Positions 47,486-57,182 of a stretch of DNA of 64,000 nt are shown in pieces (within the stretch, counting starts at the first letter, position 1; every line of letters starts with the position of its first letter). The stretch is taken from positions 2,880,001 through 2,944,000 of the forward strand of contig OZ242011.1 in assembly GCA_965204755.1 (NCBI GenBank), in the 5' to 3' direction. The DNA comes from Candidatus Marinacidobacterium sp. GTDB lineage: Bacteria; Acidobacteriota; Vicinamibacteria; Marinacidobacterales; Marinacidobacteraceae. The notes under the pieces were generated by a model, which did not search any database, was not told the origin of the DNA, and saw only the letters and a program-made list of their open reading frames with translations. Made by a program: the position numbers and the translations under genes.

Positions 47486-48918
47486 GACGCGGGCGCCGCC
47501 GCGCCTTCGCGGGTCCGGTCGCGACGGGCGCCGAGGAAGTAGCCGGCCGCGCTCGCTGCGGTGAGCCCGACCGCGCCGGGTATGACGACGCCGGCGGGCG
47601 CGAACAGGGGATCGAGGAAGTGGTCCCACCCGAAAGCGAGGTGCAGCGCCCAGAGCCCGGCGCCGACGGCGATCGCGCCGAGCGCCGCCGCCGGGCCTCC
47701 ACGCTTCGAATACAAGCCGAGAGTCAAGGGAATGAACAGTCCTACCAAGGTGAGTTCGTATGCGTCTTCCAAGAGAGCGTAGGCGCTGAGCCCGCCGTAG
47801 GCAAGAAAGAGGCTGCCGGCGCCGACGATCAGCACCGCCAGTCGGCTGAGCCGCAGGCGGTCCGCTCCGGGGAAGGCGTGGCGCAGCAGGTTCTGCCCGA
47901 GCACCGAGCCGGCGGACAGGAGCGCGCTGTCGGCGGTGGAGAGGAGCGCCGAGACGACCACCAGCAGGAGCGCCAGCGCGGCCGGCGGGCTGAACAGGAT
48001 GCGGCCGAGAACGCTCAGGATTTCCCCGCCGCCGTCCGGGGCGAGCAGGCGGGCGGCGAGCCCCAGCCCCACCGGGAGCGCGCCGAGGACGAGATAGGCG
48101 CCGCCGGCGATGAGGCAGGCGCGGCGGGCGACCGTTTCCGTCTTCGAGGCGAACACCCGCTGGAGGACATCCTGGCCGGGGATGTTCCCGAGCGCCCCGG
48201 CGAGGAGCAGTCCGGCCCAGACGGCGAACGCTTCGCCGCCGGAAGGGACGACTTCCAGCAGGTCGGGAGGCGTGTCGCGAACGAGGCGCGAAACGCCGCC
48301 GAGGAGACCGCCGCCGAGTTCCGCCATCGCCGAGACGAACACCGCGGCGAGCCCGACCGCGACGATCGCCGCCTGCGCGGCGTCGGTGAGGGTCACCGAC
48401 CACATTCCCCCGAGCAGCGTGTAGCCGACGGTTACCGCGAACGCCGCCGCCAAGCCGACGGCGGCGGGCAGGCCGAACAGGGTTTCGAGCAGCGAGGCGA
48501 GCACCGTGAACTGCGCGGCGATCCAGCCGAAGAAACTGGCGACCATGATCACCGCCGAGGCGGCTTCGCTCCGGCGGTCGAACCGGGCGGCGAAGAAGTC
48601 GCTGAGCGTGAGCAACCCGGCGCGGCGCAGGCGGGCGGCGTAGAAGAGGCCCACGAGGAGCAGGCAGATCCCCGGCCCGACCGGTTCGAGCGCCGCCGCC
48701 CGGAGACCGGTGTCCCGGACCTCTTCGGCGGAGGCGAGCAGCGTCCCGGCGCCGAACCAGGTGGCGAGCAATCCGGCGGAGGCGAGCCCGACGCCGAGGC
48801 GCCGACCGGCGACCAGGTAGTCCGAGAAGGACTCGATCCGCCGCCGCGCGAACCAGGCGGCGGCGAAGAGCGCGCCGGTGTAGAGCCCCAGCGCGGCGGC
48901 GGCGACGGTCGGGGTCAC
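47482..48918 (-). CDS. Sodium:solute symporter family protein
   Basis: DYLVAGR, ATWFGAG, YTLLGGMWSVTLTD, STADS; many TM helices. Confidence 0.88.
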   Translation of the reverse strand: MTPTVAAAALGLYTGALFAAAWFARRRIESFSDYLVAGRRLGVGLASAGLLATWFGAGTLLASAEEVRDTGLRAAALEPVGPGICLLLVGLFYAARLRRAGLLTLSDFFAARFDRRSEAASAVIMVASFFGWIAAQFTVLASLLETLFGLPAAVGLAAAFAVTVGYTLLGGMWSVTLTDAAQAAIVAVGLAAVFVSAMAELGGGLLGGVSRLVRDTPPDLLEVVPSGGEAFAVWAGLLLAGALGNIPGQDVLQRVFASKTETVARRACLIAGGAYLVLGALPVGLGLAARLLAPDGGGEILSVLGRILFSPPAALALLLVVVSALLSTADSALLSAGSVLGQNLLRHAFPGADRLRLSRLAVLIVGAGSLFLAYGGLSAYALLEDAYELTLVGLFIPLTLGLYSKRGGPAAALGAIAVGAGLWALHLAFGWDHFLDPLFAPAGVVIPGAVGLTAASAAGYFLGARRDRTREGAAAPAS

Positions 48919-48985
48919 GGCGCGGCGGGTCGCGTCGCTGCGAAACGGACGCGGGGAATCGCGCCCGGGGCCGGAGTTCCCCCGG

Positions 48986-50416
48986 TCAGGCGGGGCGGTG
49001 GAGCGCGGCCACCGCTTCCCGGCGCGCCGCCGGGTCGGGGCGTCCGAGTCGGCCGCCGAGCAGCATCGCGGCGAAACTCAGGGGCAGCGCGACGAGGATG
49101 GGGCCGATCCCGATGCCGACCGCCGGGCCGGCGAACAGGAGGAACGAATAACTGAACGCGCCGGTGAGCAGCGCGGCGATCCCGCCGGCCAGGTTCGCCC
49201 GCTTCCACCAGATGCCGAACACCACCGGGACGAACAGGCCGGCGGAGAGCAGGCCCACGCCGGCGGTATAGAACCGGGTCAGGAGTTCCGGCGGTGACCA
49301 GGCCCAGTAGAGCGCCGCGGCGCCGACGATCCAAGTGGCGACCAGCCGCGCCAGGGACTGCGCCCGCGGACTCTTCTTTCCCAGGTAACCGCCGAAGAGG
49401 TCGTGCGCGATGGCGGAACTCACGGCGAGGAGGAACGCGTCGGTGGTGGACATCACCGCGGCGAGGACCGCGGCGACCGCGAGGCCGCGGAGCAGGGGAG
49501 GGAAGTGTTCGCCGACGATCCGCAGGAACACCTGGTCGGGATCGGTCAGGCCGGGGAACTCGAGGACGCCCACCGGCGCGATGACGAAGATCGCCGCCAG
49601 GATCATCACGCCGTAACCGACGGTGGCGAGGTTCAGCGCGACGCGCGCGCCGTGCGCGTCCTTCGCGGTGGCGACCCGCATCACGATGTGGGGGATCACC
49701 GGTATGGCGGCGGCCCAGATCACGAAGTAACTGAGGTAGCCGCCGCCCTGCTCCGGCAACCGGCCGAAGGCGGGAGCGGCGGCGGTCGCCGCTTCGAGCG
49801 CCCCGAGCGGGGAGCCGGCCGCCCAGATGAGCAGCGCTGCGGCGATACCCATGACGAAGAACATGAGCGCGCCCTGCATCACATCGGTGACCGTCACCGC
49901 CACCATGCCGCCGAACGACACATAGAGCACGAACACCACGGTGGCGACCGCGATCGCGGTCCGGTAGTCCACGCCGAGCAGCGCCTCGGCGGTGATGCCG
50001 GCCGCCTTCATCTGGGCGACCATGTACACGGTCAGCGCCACCACGATCAGCGACGGGGTGAGGAGGCGCGCGACCCGGTGCGGGTAGCGGAAGACCAGGA
50101 AGTCCGTGATCGTGAACCGGCCGAGGCGGCGGAGCGGCGCGGCGACCAGGATGGCGGCGAGCGGGAATCCCACCACCGCGCCGGCGAAGAGCGCGAGCGT
50201 CGCCGGGACGCCGTCGCGGTACGCGAGGCCGAGCACGCCGACCAGCGAGCCGCCGCTGGCGAGGCTGGCCATGATGGCGAGGGCGTTGACCCCGGCGCCG
50301 ACGCGCCGCCCGGCGACCCAGTACTCGTCCGCCGACCCGAGCACGCGCCGGGTCGCCAGGGCGCCGACCGCAACGCAGACGGCCAGGTAGGCGAGGACCA
50401 GCCAGCGTTCGATCAT
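48986..50416 (-). CDS. Sodium:solute symporter family protein
   Basis: YWVAGR, YVSFGGMVAVTVTDVMQG, PHIVMR, MSTTD. Confidence 0.88.
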   Translation of the reverse strand: MIERWLVLAYLAVCVAVGALATRRVLGSADEYWVAGRRVGAGVNALAIMASLASGGSLVGVLGLAYRDGVPATLALFAGAVVGFPLAAILVAAPLRRLGRFTITDFLVFRYPHRVARLLTPSLIVVALTVYMVAQMKAAGITAEALLGVDYRTAIAVATVVFVLYVSFGGMVAVTVTDVMQGALMFFVMGIAAALLIWAAGSPLGALEAATAAAPAFGRLPEQGGGYLSYFVIWAAAIPVIPHIVMRVATAKDAHGARVALNLATVGYGVMILAAIFVIAPVGVLEFPGLTDPDQVFLRIVGEHFPPLLRGLAVAAVLAAVMSTTDAFLLAVSSAIAHDLFGGYLGKKSPRAQSLARLVATWIVGAAALYWAWSPPELLTRFYTAGVGLLSAGLFVPVVFGIWWKRANLAGGIAALLTGAFSYSFLLFAGPAVGIGIGPILVALPLSFAAMLLGGRLGRPDPAARREAVAALHRPA

Positions 50417-50676
50417 GGGGTCGGGCCGGCGCCGGCGGAGTCTTCGCCGGTCTTCTTCGCCGCGCCTTCGGAGTCGTCGGCGGCCGTCTCCGGGCGGAGG
50501 AGGGCGAGCAGCAACAGCGGCGAACCGGCCAGCAGCGCCGCCATGAGCCAGCCGAACAGCGAGACGCCGAACACGGAGACTTCGGCGACCGGCGGGAGGA
50601 AGGCGAACACGGAGAATCCGGCCAGCCCGAAGAGCGCGGTCCGTTCCGCGCGCCGCATCGGGAAGAACTGGTTCAT
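50413..50676 (-). CDS. Small 2-TM protein, probable SSS accessory subunit
   Basis: Two hydrophobic helices; ATGA overlap with the symporter. Confidence 0.6.
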   Translation of the reverse strand: MNQFFPMRRAERTALFGLAGFSVFAFLPPVAEVSVFGVSLFGWLMAALLAGSPLLLLALLRPETAADDSEGAAKKTGEDSAGAGPTP

Positions 50677-50715
50677 CGGGCTTCGGTCGGCGGCGCGGTC
50701 ATCGGCCGGCGCGGC

Positions 50716-52005
50716 CTACGCGGAGCGGGTCTCGCCCGGCGAGGAATCGAGCGGGAGGCCGTAGGAGAGGTCGTCCGGCAGCGCCGCGCGCTCGGCGAGC
50801 GCCGCGCGGAGGGCGCCGTAATCCCGGAACAGGTTGCCGGTGAGCAACTCGGTCACATCGCCGGCGAGTTCCGGACGCTGCCGGACGAGGTCGGACATGC
50901 GGAAACCCTCGTCGTAGAACGCATAGACCAGTTTCCGCATCGCCTCGATGCCCCGGGTCAACTCCCGGCCGTACTCGGCGAATCGGGCGGCTCGGGTGTC
51001 GCCGGCGTCGAGGGCCGCCGCCGCGGCGTCCGCCGCCTTCTCGCCGCTCCACAGCGCGAGGAATACCCCCGAGGAATACACCGGATCGAGGAACGCGAAC
51101 GCGTCGCCGACCAGCGCGAGCCCGTCCGCGGCGCAGTGGCGCGACCGGTAGGAATAGTCCCCGGTGGCGCGCACCGGGGCGGTCTTCTCCGCGGATTCCA
51201 GGTTGTCCCGGATCCACGGATTCACCCGGAGTTCCCGCGAGAAGATCGCTTCGGGGTCGCGGCCTTCGCGGTAGAGGTATTCGGCGTCCGCGGTGACGCC
51301 GACGCTGACTTCGTCGTTCGCCAGCGGGATGTACCAGAACCATCCCTTCCGCGGCAGGAGCGCGATGGTGGTGGCGCCCTCGTCGTACCGGCCCGGGTTT
51401 CGGCGGCCGCCGCGGAAGTAACTCCAGAGCGAGACCTTGCGCAGTTTCGGATCCAGCACCCGCCACCCCAGCAGGCGGGAGGCGAGGGCGTCGCGGCCGG
51501 TGCAGTCGAGCGTGATCGGCGCCGAGACGGTTTCCTCGCCGTCGTCGGTTTGGATCCTCGCGCCTTCGATCGGGCCGTTCCCGTCAGCGCCGCCGCGAAG
51601 GAAACCGCGGGCGGCGCCGCGCAGGACTTCCGCGCCGCGCTCTTTCGCGTTGTCGAGGAGGATGCGGTCGAAGTCGGCGCGCTGCACCTGCCAGGTCTGC
51701 GCCGCTTCGTGGTCCAACTGCTCGAAGAAGTAGAAGGGCCGGGAGACCTTCCCTTCCAGTCCGATGAACTCGACGCTGTACTTGTGGACGAAGGCCGCGC
51801 GGCGCACCGCGGCGAGGGCGCCGGTGCGCTCCAGCGGGAAGAAGCACCAGGGCATCAGAGACTCGCCGACCGAGTATCTCGGGAAGCGCGTCTTCTCCAC
51901 GACCACCGTCCGCTTGCCGGCGGCGGCGAGCACGGCGGCGGCGGTGGTCCCCGCCGGGCCGCCCCCGAGGACCAGCGCGTCGCAGTCGCGGGCGGCGCGG
52001 GTCAT
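50716..52005 (-). CDS. FAD-dependent halogenase-like oxidoreductase
   Basis: GGGPAG, VGES, VHKY, GWFWYIP (WxWxIP), GDAFAFLDPVYSSG. Confidence 0.8.
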   Translation of the reverse strand: MTRAARDCDALVLGGGPAGTTAAAVLAAAGKRTVVVEKTRFPRYSVGESLMPWCFFPLERTGALAAVRRAAFVHKYSVEFIGLEGKVSRPFYFFEQLDHEAAQTWQVQRADFDRILLDNAKERGAEVLRGAARGFLRGGADGNGPIEGARIQTDDGEETVSAPITLDCTGRDALASRLLGWRVLDPKLRKVSLWSYFRGGRRNPGRYDEGATTIALLPRKGWFWYIPLANDEVSVGVTADAEYLYREGRDPEAIFSRELRVNPWIRDNLESAEKTAPVRATGDYSYRSRHCAADGLALVGDAFAFLDPVYSSGVFLALWSGEKAADAAAAALDAGDTRAARFAEYGRELTRGIEAMRKLVYAFYDEGFRMSDLVRQRPELAGDVTELLTGNLFRDYGALRAALAERAALPDDLSYGLPLDSSPGETRSA

Positions 52006-52014
52006 CGTCGCTCG

Positions 52015-52080
52015 GGCGTCGGACCTGGCGTCGGGGAGGGCGTCGGGTGGGGCGTCGGCTCGGGCGTCGGGTCGGGCGCC
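52015..52080. repeat. GGCGTCGG-N4 x5 (12-bp period)
   Basis: Read directly. Confidence 0.7.
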
Positions 52081-52099
52081 GCGCCTCCGTTCCCGCCGT

Positions 52100-53458
52100 T
52101 CAGAGGTAGGGAGCCTCGCGGTGCTCCGGCAGGAAGAACAGCGGCAGCAGGCGGTCGATCCGCAGGTAACCGTCCTCGGTGAGTTCGGGGCCGGTGTCCG
52201 TGATGCGCGCGTAGCGGCGGCGCTCGAGCAGGTCGAGCGGCTCGCGGAACCGCTCGAGGATGTCCAGGTCGAACTCGCGGCGGAAGAGGTCGCGCCGCAC
52301 GGAACCGAGTTTCAGTTGCAGGACGAACTGCCGGATCATCCGTTCTTCGCCGGAAAGCGGCAGGGCGCGCTGCACCGGCGGCTCGCCGGCGGCGACGCGC
52401 GCCAGGTACCCGGCCATCGCGGGCTCGTTCTGGTAGTGCCACCCGTCGGCGTGACCGAACGAACTCACGCCCAGCGCCGCGAGGTCCGCGCCCCGCCAGA
52501 GCCGGTCCCGGTAGAGGAAGCGGGCGCGGGCCGGGTCGCGCACCGCGGTGTAGGCGCTCGACCGGGTGTAACCGGCGGCGGTCAGCGCGGCGAACGCCTC
52601 CGCCGTCCAGCGGCGCTTGGTCGGCCAGTCGGGGAGTTCGGCGCCGGGGCCCTCGCCGTCGCGGATCTGCCGGGCGAAGGTGGTGTTCCGCGGCGACTCC
52701 ATCTGGTAGATCGTCACCGCGTCCGGCGCCAGGCGGATCGTTTCCTCCACCGCCGCCTGCCAAAGCCGGTCGTCGTCGCCGAGCATCCCGGCGATGAGGT
52801 CCAGGTTGATCTGCGGGAAACCGACCCGCCGGGCTTCGGCGAAGGCGCGCCGGATCTCCGGGGACCGGTGCGCCCGGTTGTTCGCCTCGAGGACCCCGTC
52901 GTCGAAGTGTTCGACGCCCAGACTCAGGCGGGTGACGCCGTGCTCGCGGATCCGGGCGAGTTTGCCCGGCGTCAGCGTTCCCGGCTCGCACTCGAACGCG
53001 AATTCCTCCATACCGCCCAGGTCGAGGGCCTCGGAGAGTCCGGCGAACAACCGGTCGAGTTGCGCGATGGAGAGGTAGGACGGCGTGCCGCCGCCGTAGT
53101 AGAGGAACTCCACCGGGCGCTTCCCGAAGGCGGTTTCGCCGAACCGGCGGGCTTCCGCGATGACCGCGTCGAGGTAGGCGTGGACTTCGTCGGCGTTCTT
53201 GTCGGTATAGACCCGGAAGTAGCAGAAGTGGCACCGCTTCCGGCAGAACGGCAGGTGCAGGTAGATGCCGAGCGGGACGCCGGGCCGGCCCGGCCGCTCG
53301 AACCGCTCGAGCAGCCCGGCGGCGGTCTCGGGAGTCCAGGTGGAGAACGGGGGGTAGTTCGAGACGAAGTAGTTGCCGAGCGCCGAGTCGGCGGCTTCGT
53401 CGTCGAGGAGCCTCGCGGCCTGCGCCGCGAAGTCCGCGGTCTTCCGGGGCGGGGTCAT
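52100..53458 (-). CDS. HemN-like (class C) radical SAM protein
   Basis: YLHLPFCRKRCHFC, GGGTPS, RLSLGV, DLIAG. Confidence 0.88.
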   Translation of the reverse strand: MTPPRKTADFAAQAARLLDDEAADSALGNYFVSNYPPFSTWTPETAAGLLERFERPGRPGVPLGIYLHLPFCRKRCHFCYFRVYTDKNADEVHAYLDAVIAEARRFGETAFGKRPVEFLYYGGGTPSYLSIAQLDRLFAGLSEALDLGGMEEFAFECEPGTLTPGKLARIREHGVTRLSLGVEHFDDGVLEANNRAHRSPEIRRAFAEARRVGFPQINLDLIAGMLGDDDRLWQAAVEETIRLAPDAVTIYQMESPRNTTFARQIRDGEGPGAELPDWPTKRRWTAEAFAALTAAGYTRSSAYTAVRDPARARFLYRDRLWRGADLAALGVSSFGHADGWHYQNEPAMAGYLARVAAGEPPVQRALPLSGEERMIRQFVLQLKLGSVRRDLFRREFDLDILERFREPLDLLERRRYARITDTGPELTEDGYLRIDRLLPLFFLPEHREAPYL

Positions 53459-53552
53459 GGGTCGAGTCGGGAAGTGTAAGGAGCCGGCGGCGTTCGCGGG
53501 GGCCGGGTCGCTCCCTCCGGCGCCCTCCGCCGCGCCGGTACCATCCGGCCGC

Positions 53553-54344
53553 TTGCGCGTCATCACCTGGAACCTGAACTCGATCCGCACCCGCGGCCGG
53601 CGGCTGCTGAAGTTGCTCGAGCGCCACGAGCCGGATGTCCTCTGCCTCCAGGAGTTGCGCGCCCCGGCGGAGGAGTTCCCCCGGCTGGCGGTCGAGGCCG
53701 CCGGCTACCGGGCGGCGGTGTACGCCCAGGCGGCCCGCAACGGCGTCGCGGTCCTCTCGCGGGAACCGGCGGAGGTGCTGGCCCGGGGCCTCCCGCCCTG
53801 CGCGGCCCGGAAGGAGGCGCGCCTGCTCGATGTAGCCGTCGCCGGCATCCGCGTGATCACCGCCTATGTGCCCAACGGCAAGTCGGCGGCCCACCCGGAC
53901 TGGGCCTACAAGTTGGAGTGGCTCGACGCCCTCCGCGCCCACCTGGAGCGGACCGCGCCGCCGGAGACGCCGCTGGTCCTCGGCGGCGACTTCAATGTGG
54001 CGCCCGCCGACCGGGACGCCGCCGAACCCCGCCCCGACGGCGTCCTCTGCCACCCGGACGCCCGCGCCGCCCTCTCCGGGGTCGTCGGCCGGGGGCTGGC
54101 CGACGCCTACCGCCTCCGCTACGCCGAGGGGGAGGAACCGGAGAAGGGCCTCTACACCTGGTGGGACTACACCCGGCTGTCCTTCGCCCGGAACATCGGC
54201 GCCCGGATAGACCACCTCTACCTCACCGCGCCCCTCGCCGCGGGACTGCGGTCGGTGTTCGTGGACCGGGACGAGCGCCGCCAACGGAAGGGGGAGGACA
54301 TCCCCTCGGACCACGCGCCGCTGGTGTGCGATTTCGACGCCTGA
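53553..54344 (+). CDS. xth: Exodeoxyribonuclease III
   Basis: ITWNLNSIR, LCLQE, YVPNG, GDFN, YTWWDY, RIDH, SDHAP; TTG start 8 nt after TACCAT. Confidence 0.92.
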   Translation: MRVITWNLNSIRTRGRRLLKLLERHEPDVLCLQELRAPAEEFPRLAVEAAGYRAAVYAQAARNGVAVLSREPAEVLARGLPPCAARKEARLLDVAVAGIRVITAYVPNGKSAAHPDWAYKLEWLDALRAHLERTAPPETPLVLGGDFNVAPADRDAAEPRPDGVLCHPDARAALSGVVGRGLADAYRLRYAEGEEPEKGLYTWWDYTRLSFARNIGARIDHLYLTAPLAAGLRSVFVDRDERRQRKGEDIPSDHAPLVCDFDA

Positions 54345-54580
54345 GCCGGGGCCTCGCCGGCCGCGCGCCGGGCCGGGCTGTCGGCGCTGCGCCGCCGGGC
54401 GGCGCTGGGCCGCGGGAGCCGCTCGATCCGGCGGCCGCCGGCCCCGGCAGAGGGGGTCGGCGGGGGGCCAGGCGCGGGTTGCGCCGTTGCCCCGAATCCA
54501 CTACCCTACGGAGTTGCTTCGGGCGTGCGCGGCAGGCCTCCGCTCTCCGGCCTCCTCTCCCCGCCGCGCCCGTCGTCACC

Positions 54581-57139
54581 ATGCGTAATCCGCAGTTTTC
54601 TGCCTCCGCCCTCGGACTCGGCGCCCTGCTGCTGGCGCTTCCGCCCGCGGCCTTCGCCGGGCCGCAGGCCGCCGCGCCCGCTCCGTCGGTTTCGCCCGCT
54701 CCGTCGGTTTCGACTGTCGCGGGGGTCCGGGCCTTCGAGCCGAGCAGAGAGCCGGCGGCCGTCGGAGAGGCGCCGGCGGCGGTTTCGGCCGCCGTGGCGG
54801 CGGCGCACAACCGGGTCCTCCGCACCTACTGCATGGTGTGCCACAACGACCGGATGCGGACCGGGAACATGACGCTCTCCGGGTTCGACGCCGGGGACGC
54901 CCCGGGTTCGGCCCCGCTGGCGGAGAAGGTGGTTTCGAAGTTGCGGCTGGGGATGATGCCCCCGCCGGGTGCCCGCCGTCCGGACGACGCGGTTCTCGAA
55001 GAGATCGCGGTTTCGCTGGAGGGTCAGTTGGACACGGTCTGGGCGGCCTCCCCGGAGCCGGGTCGGCGTTCGTTCCAGCGGTTGAACCGGGCGGAGTACA
55101 CGGCGGCGGTGCGCGACCTGTTGTCGCTGCCGATCGACGCTTCGGAGTATCTGCCGCAGGACACGATCAGCGCGAACTTCGACAACATCGCGGACGCGCA
55201 GATGCTTTCGGCGACCCTGATGGACGCGTACCTGCGGGCGGCGAGCGAGATCAGCCGCCTCGCCGTCGGCGACCCCGAGGCCGAGCCGGCGGAAACGAGT
55301 TACTTCGTCTCCCGCTGGGCCTCGCAGCGCCGCCAGGTGGAGGGCGCCCCCTACGGCACCCGGGGCGGACTCGCCGCCGAGCATGTGTTCCCGGCGGACG
55401 GGCACTATGTCTTCCGCGTCTCCCTGCATCACGAGGTATGCGGCCCGATCGTGGGCACCGCCGCCGGCGCGCTGAATTCGGAGAGCAATCCGGAACGGAT
55501 CGAAGTCTCCATAGACGGCGAGCGCGTGGCGCTGCTCTCCATCGATCCCTGGATGCATACCTCGGATCCCGGCGGCGCGACGATGCGCACCGAGCCGATC
55601 TTCGTGAAGGCCGGCCCCCGGAAAGTGGCCGCCGCCTTCCTGCGGCAGTTCGACGGCCCGGTCCAGGACCTGATCTCGCCGCACGACTGGTCGCTCGCCT
55701 CCACCAACATCGCGCTCACCTACGGCATCCACAGCCTCCCCCACCTGCGGGATGTCCTCGTCCGGGGCCCGTTCGATGCGACGGGTGTTTCGGAGACTCC
55801 GAGCCGGCGGGCGATCTTCGAGTGCCGTCCGCTGAGCGAGGCGGAGGCGCGTCCGTGCGCGGAGCGGATCCTGGGGCGTTTGGGCCGGTTGGCGTATCGG
55901 GGCTCGCTGACGGCGGGGAAGTTGGGTTCGCTGCTGGAGTTGTACGACGCGGGAGCGGCGGCGAACGGTTTCGAGGAGGGGATCCGGATGGGGATCGAGG
56001 GGATGCTGGCGAGCCCGAACTTCGTGTTCCGGATCGAGGAGCCGCTGGACCCGCGCGAGGCGGAGTACGGGTATCCGCTTTCGGATGTGGACCTGGCGTC
56101 TCGGCTGTCGTTTTTCCTGTGGGGGACGATCCCGGACGGGGAGTTGCTGGACCTGGCGGAGGCGGGGCAACTGTCGGAGCCTGCGGTGTATGAGGCTCAG
56201 GTTCGGCGGATGCTGGCGGACGGGCGTTCGGATGCGCTTTCGCGGCGCTTTGCGAGCCAGTGGTTCCGGCTGCAGGACCTGGAGAAGATCAACCCGAATG
56301 TCCGTTTGTATCCGGACTTCCACCAGCAGTTGAAGACGGCGATGGTGGAGGAGACGGAGCGCTTCTTCCACCACCTGGTTGCGGAGGACCGGAGCGCGTT
56401 GGAGATGTTCACGGCGGACTACACCTTCGTGAACGAGCGTTTGGCGCACCACTACGGGATCCCGGGGGTTACGGGGCCGGAGCACCGGCTGGTGCGGTAT
56501 CCGGACGAGAGCCGCCGGGGGGTGTTCGGCCACGGGAGCATGTTGACGCTGACTTCGCACCCGTACCGGACTTCGGCGGTGCTGCGGGGGAAGTGGGTGA
56601 TGGAGGTGCTCCTGGGGAGTCCTCCTCCTCCGCCACCGCCGAATGTCTCGGACCTGGACGCGACTCCGGCGACGGCGGACGGCCGGGAGTTGACGGCGCG
56701 GGAGCGGCTGGAGATCCACCGGGACAACCCGGCGTGCCGCTCGTGCCACCGGATGATGGACCCGATCGGGCTGGCCCTGGAGCACTTCGATGTGACGGGC
56801 CGGGTCCGGGTGAAGGACTCGGGGCAGGCGATCGACGCTTCGGGCGAGTTCTACGACGGGACGGCGATCCGGGATGTTTCGGACTTGCGGGAGGCGCTGC
56901 TGCAGCGCCCGATACCGCTGCTTCGGACTTTCACGGAGAACTTGCTGGCGTACGGGTTGGGGCGCCGGGTGGAGTATTTCGACCAGCCGCGGGTACGGGA
57001 GATCGTGCGGGAGGCGGAGGGTTCGGGGTACCGGATGTCGGCGTTCCTGCTGGGGGTGGCGCGGAGCCCGGCGTTCCTGCGCAAGGGCGGTTCGCCGGCG
57101 GAGGAGTCGGCGACGGAGGCGATTTCCGGTCAGCACTGA
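54581..57139 (+). CDS. DUF1592 (PSD1-5 / cytochrome c) domain protein
   Basis: Signal peptide, CMVCH and CRSCH, RLNRAEY, LASRLSFFLW, RGKWVME. Confidence 0.9.
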   Translation: MRNPQFSASALGLGALLLALPPAAFAGPQAAAPAPSVSPAPSVSTVAGVRAFEPSREPAAVGEAPAAVSAAVAAAHNRVLRTYCMVCHNDRMRTGNMTLSGFDAGDAPGSAPLAEKVVSKLRLGMMPPPGARRPDDAVLEEIAVSLEGQLDTVWAASPEPGRRSFQRLNRAEYTAAVRDLLSLPIDASEYLPQDTISANFDNIADAQMLSATLMDAYLRAASEISRLAVGDPEAEPAETSYFVSRWASQRRQVEGAPYGTRGGLAAEHVFPADGHYVFRVSLHHEVCGPIVGTAAGALNSESNPERIEVSIDGERVALLSIDPWMHTSDPGGATMRTEPIFVKAGPRKVAAAFLRQFDGPVQDLISPHDWSLASTNIALTYGIHSLPHLRDVLVRGPFDATGVSETPSRRAIFECRPLSEAEARPCAERILGRLGRLAYRGSLTAGKLGSLLELYDAGAAANGFEEGIRMGIEGMLASPNFVFRIEEPLDPREAEYGYPLSDVDLASRLSFFLWGTIPDGELLDLAEAGQLSEPAVYEAQVRRMLADGRSDALSRRFASQWFRLQDLEKINPNVRLYPDFHQQLKTAMVEETERFFHHLVAEDRSALEMFTADYTFVNERLAHHYGIPGVTGPEHRLVRYPDESRRGVFGHGSMLTLTSHPYRTSAVLRGKWVMEVLLGSPPPPPPPNVSDLDATPATADGRELTARERLEIHRDNPACRSCHRMMDPIGLALEHFDVTGRVRVKDSGQAIDASGEFYDGTAIRDVSDLREALLQRPIPLLRTFTENLLAYGLGRRVEYFDQPRVREIVREAEGSGYRMSAFLLGVARSPAFLRKGGSPAEESATEAISGQH

Positions 57140-57182
57140 CCGGCAGAGCACGGGTTCCGGGGACGGGGCCGAGGAGAGACGG

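Noticed and set aside
52100-53458. Assignment as hemN or hemW
   Set aside because: Family is clear but function is not; the neighbourhood has no heme biosynthesis genes.
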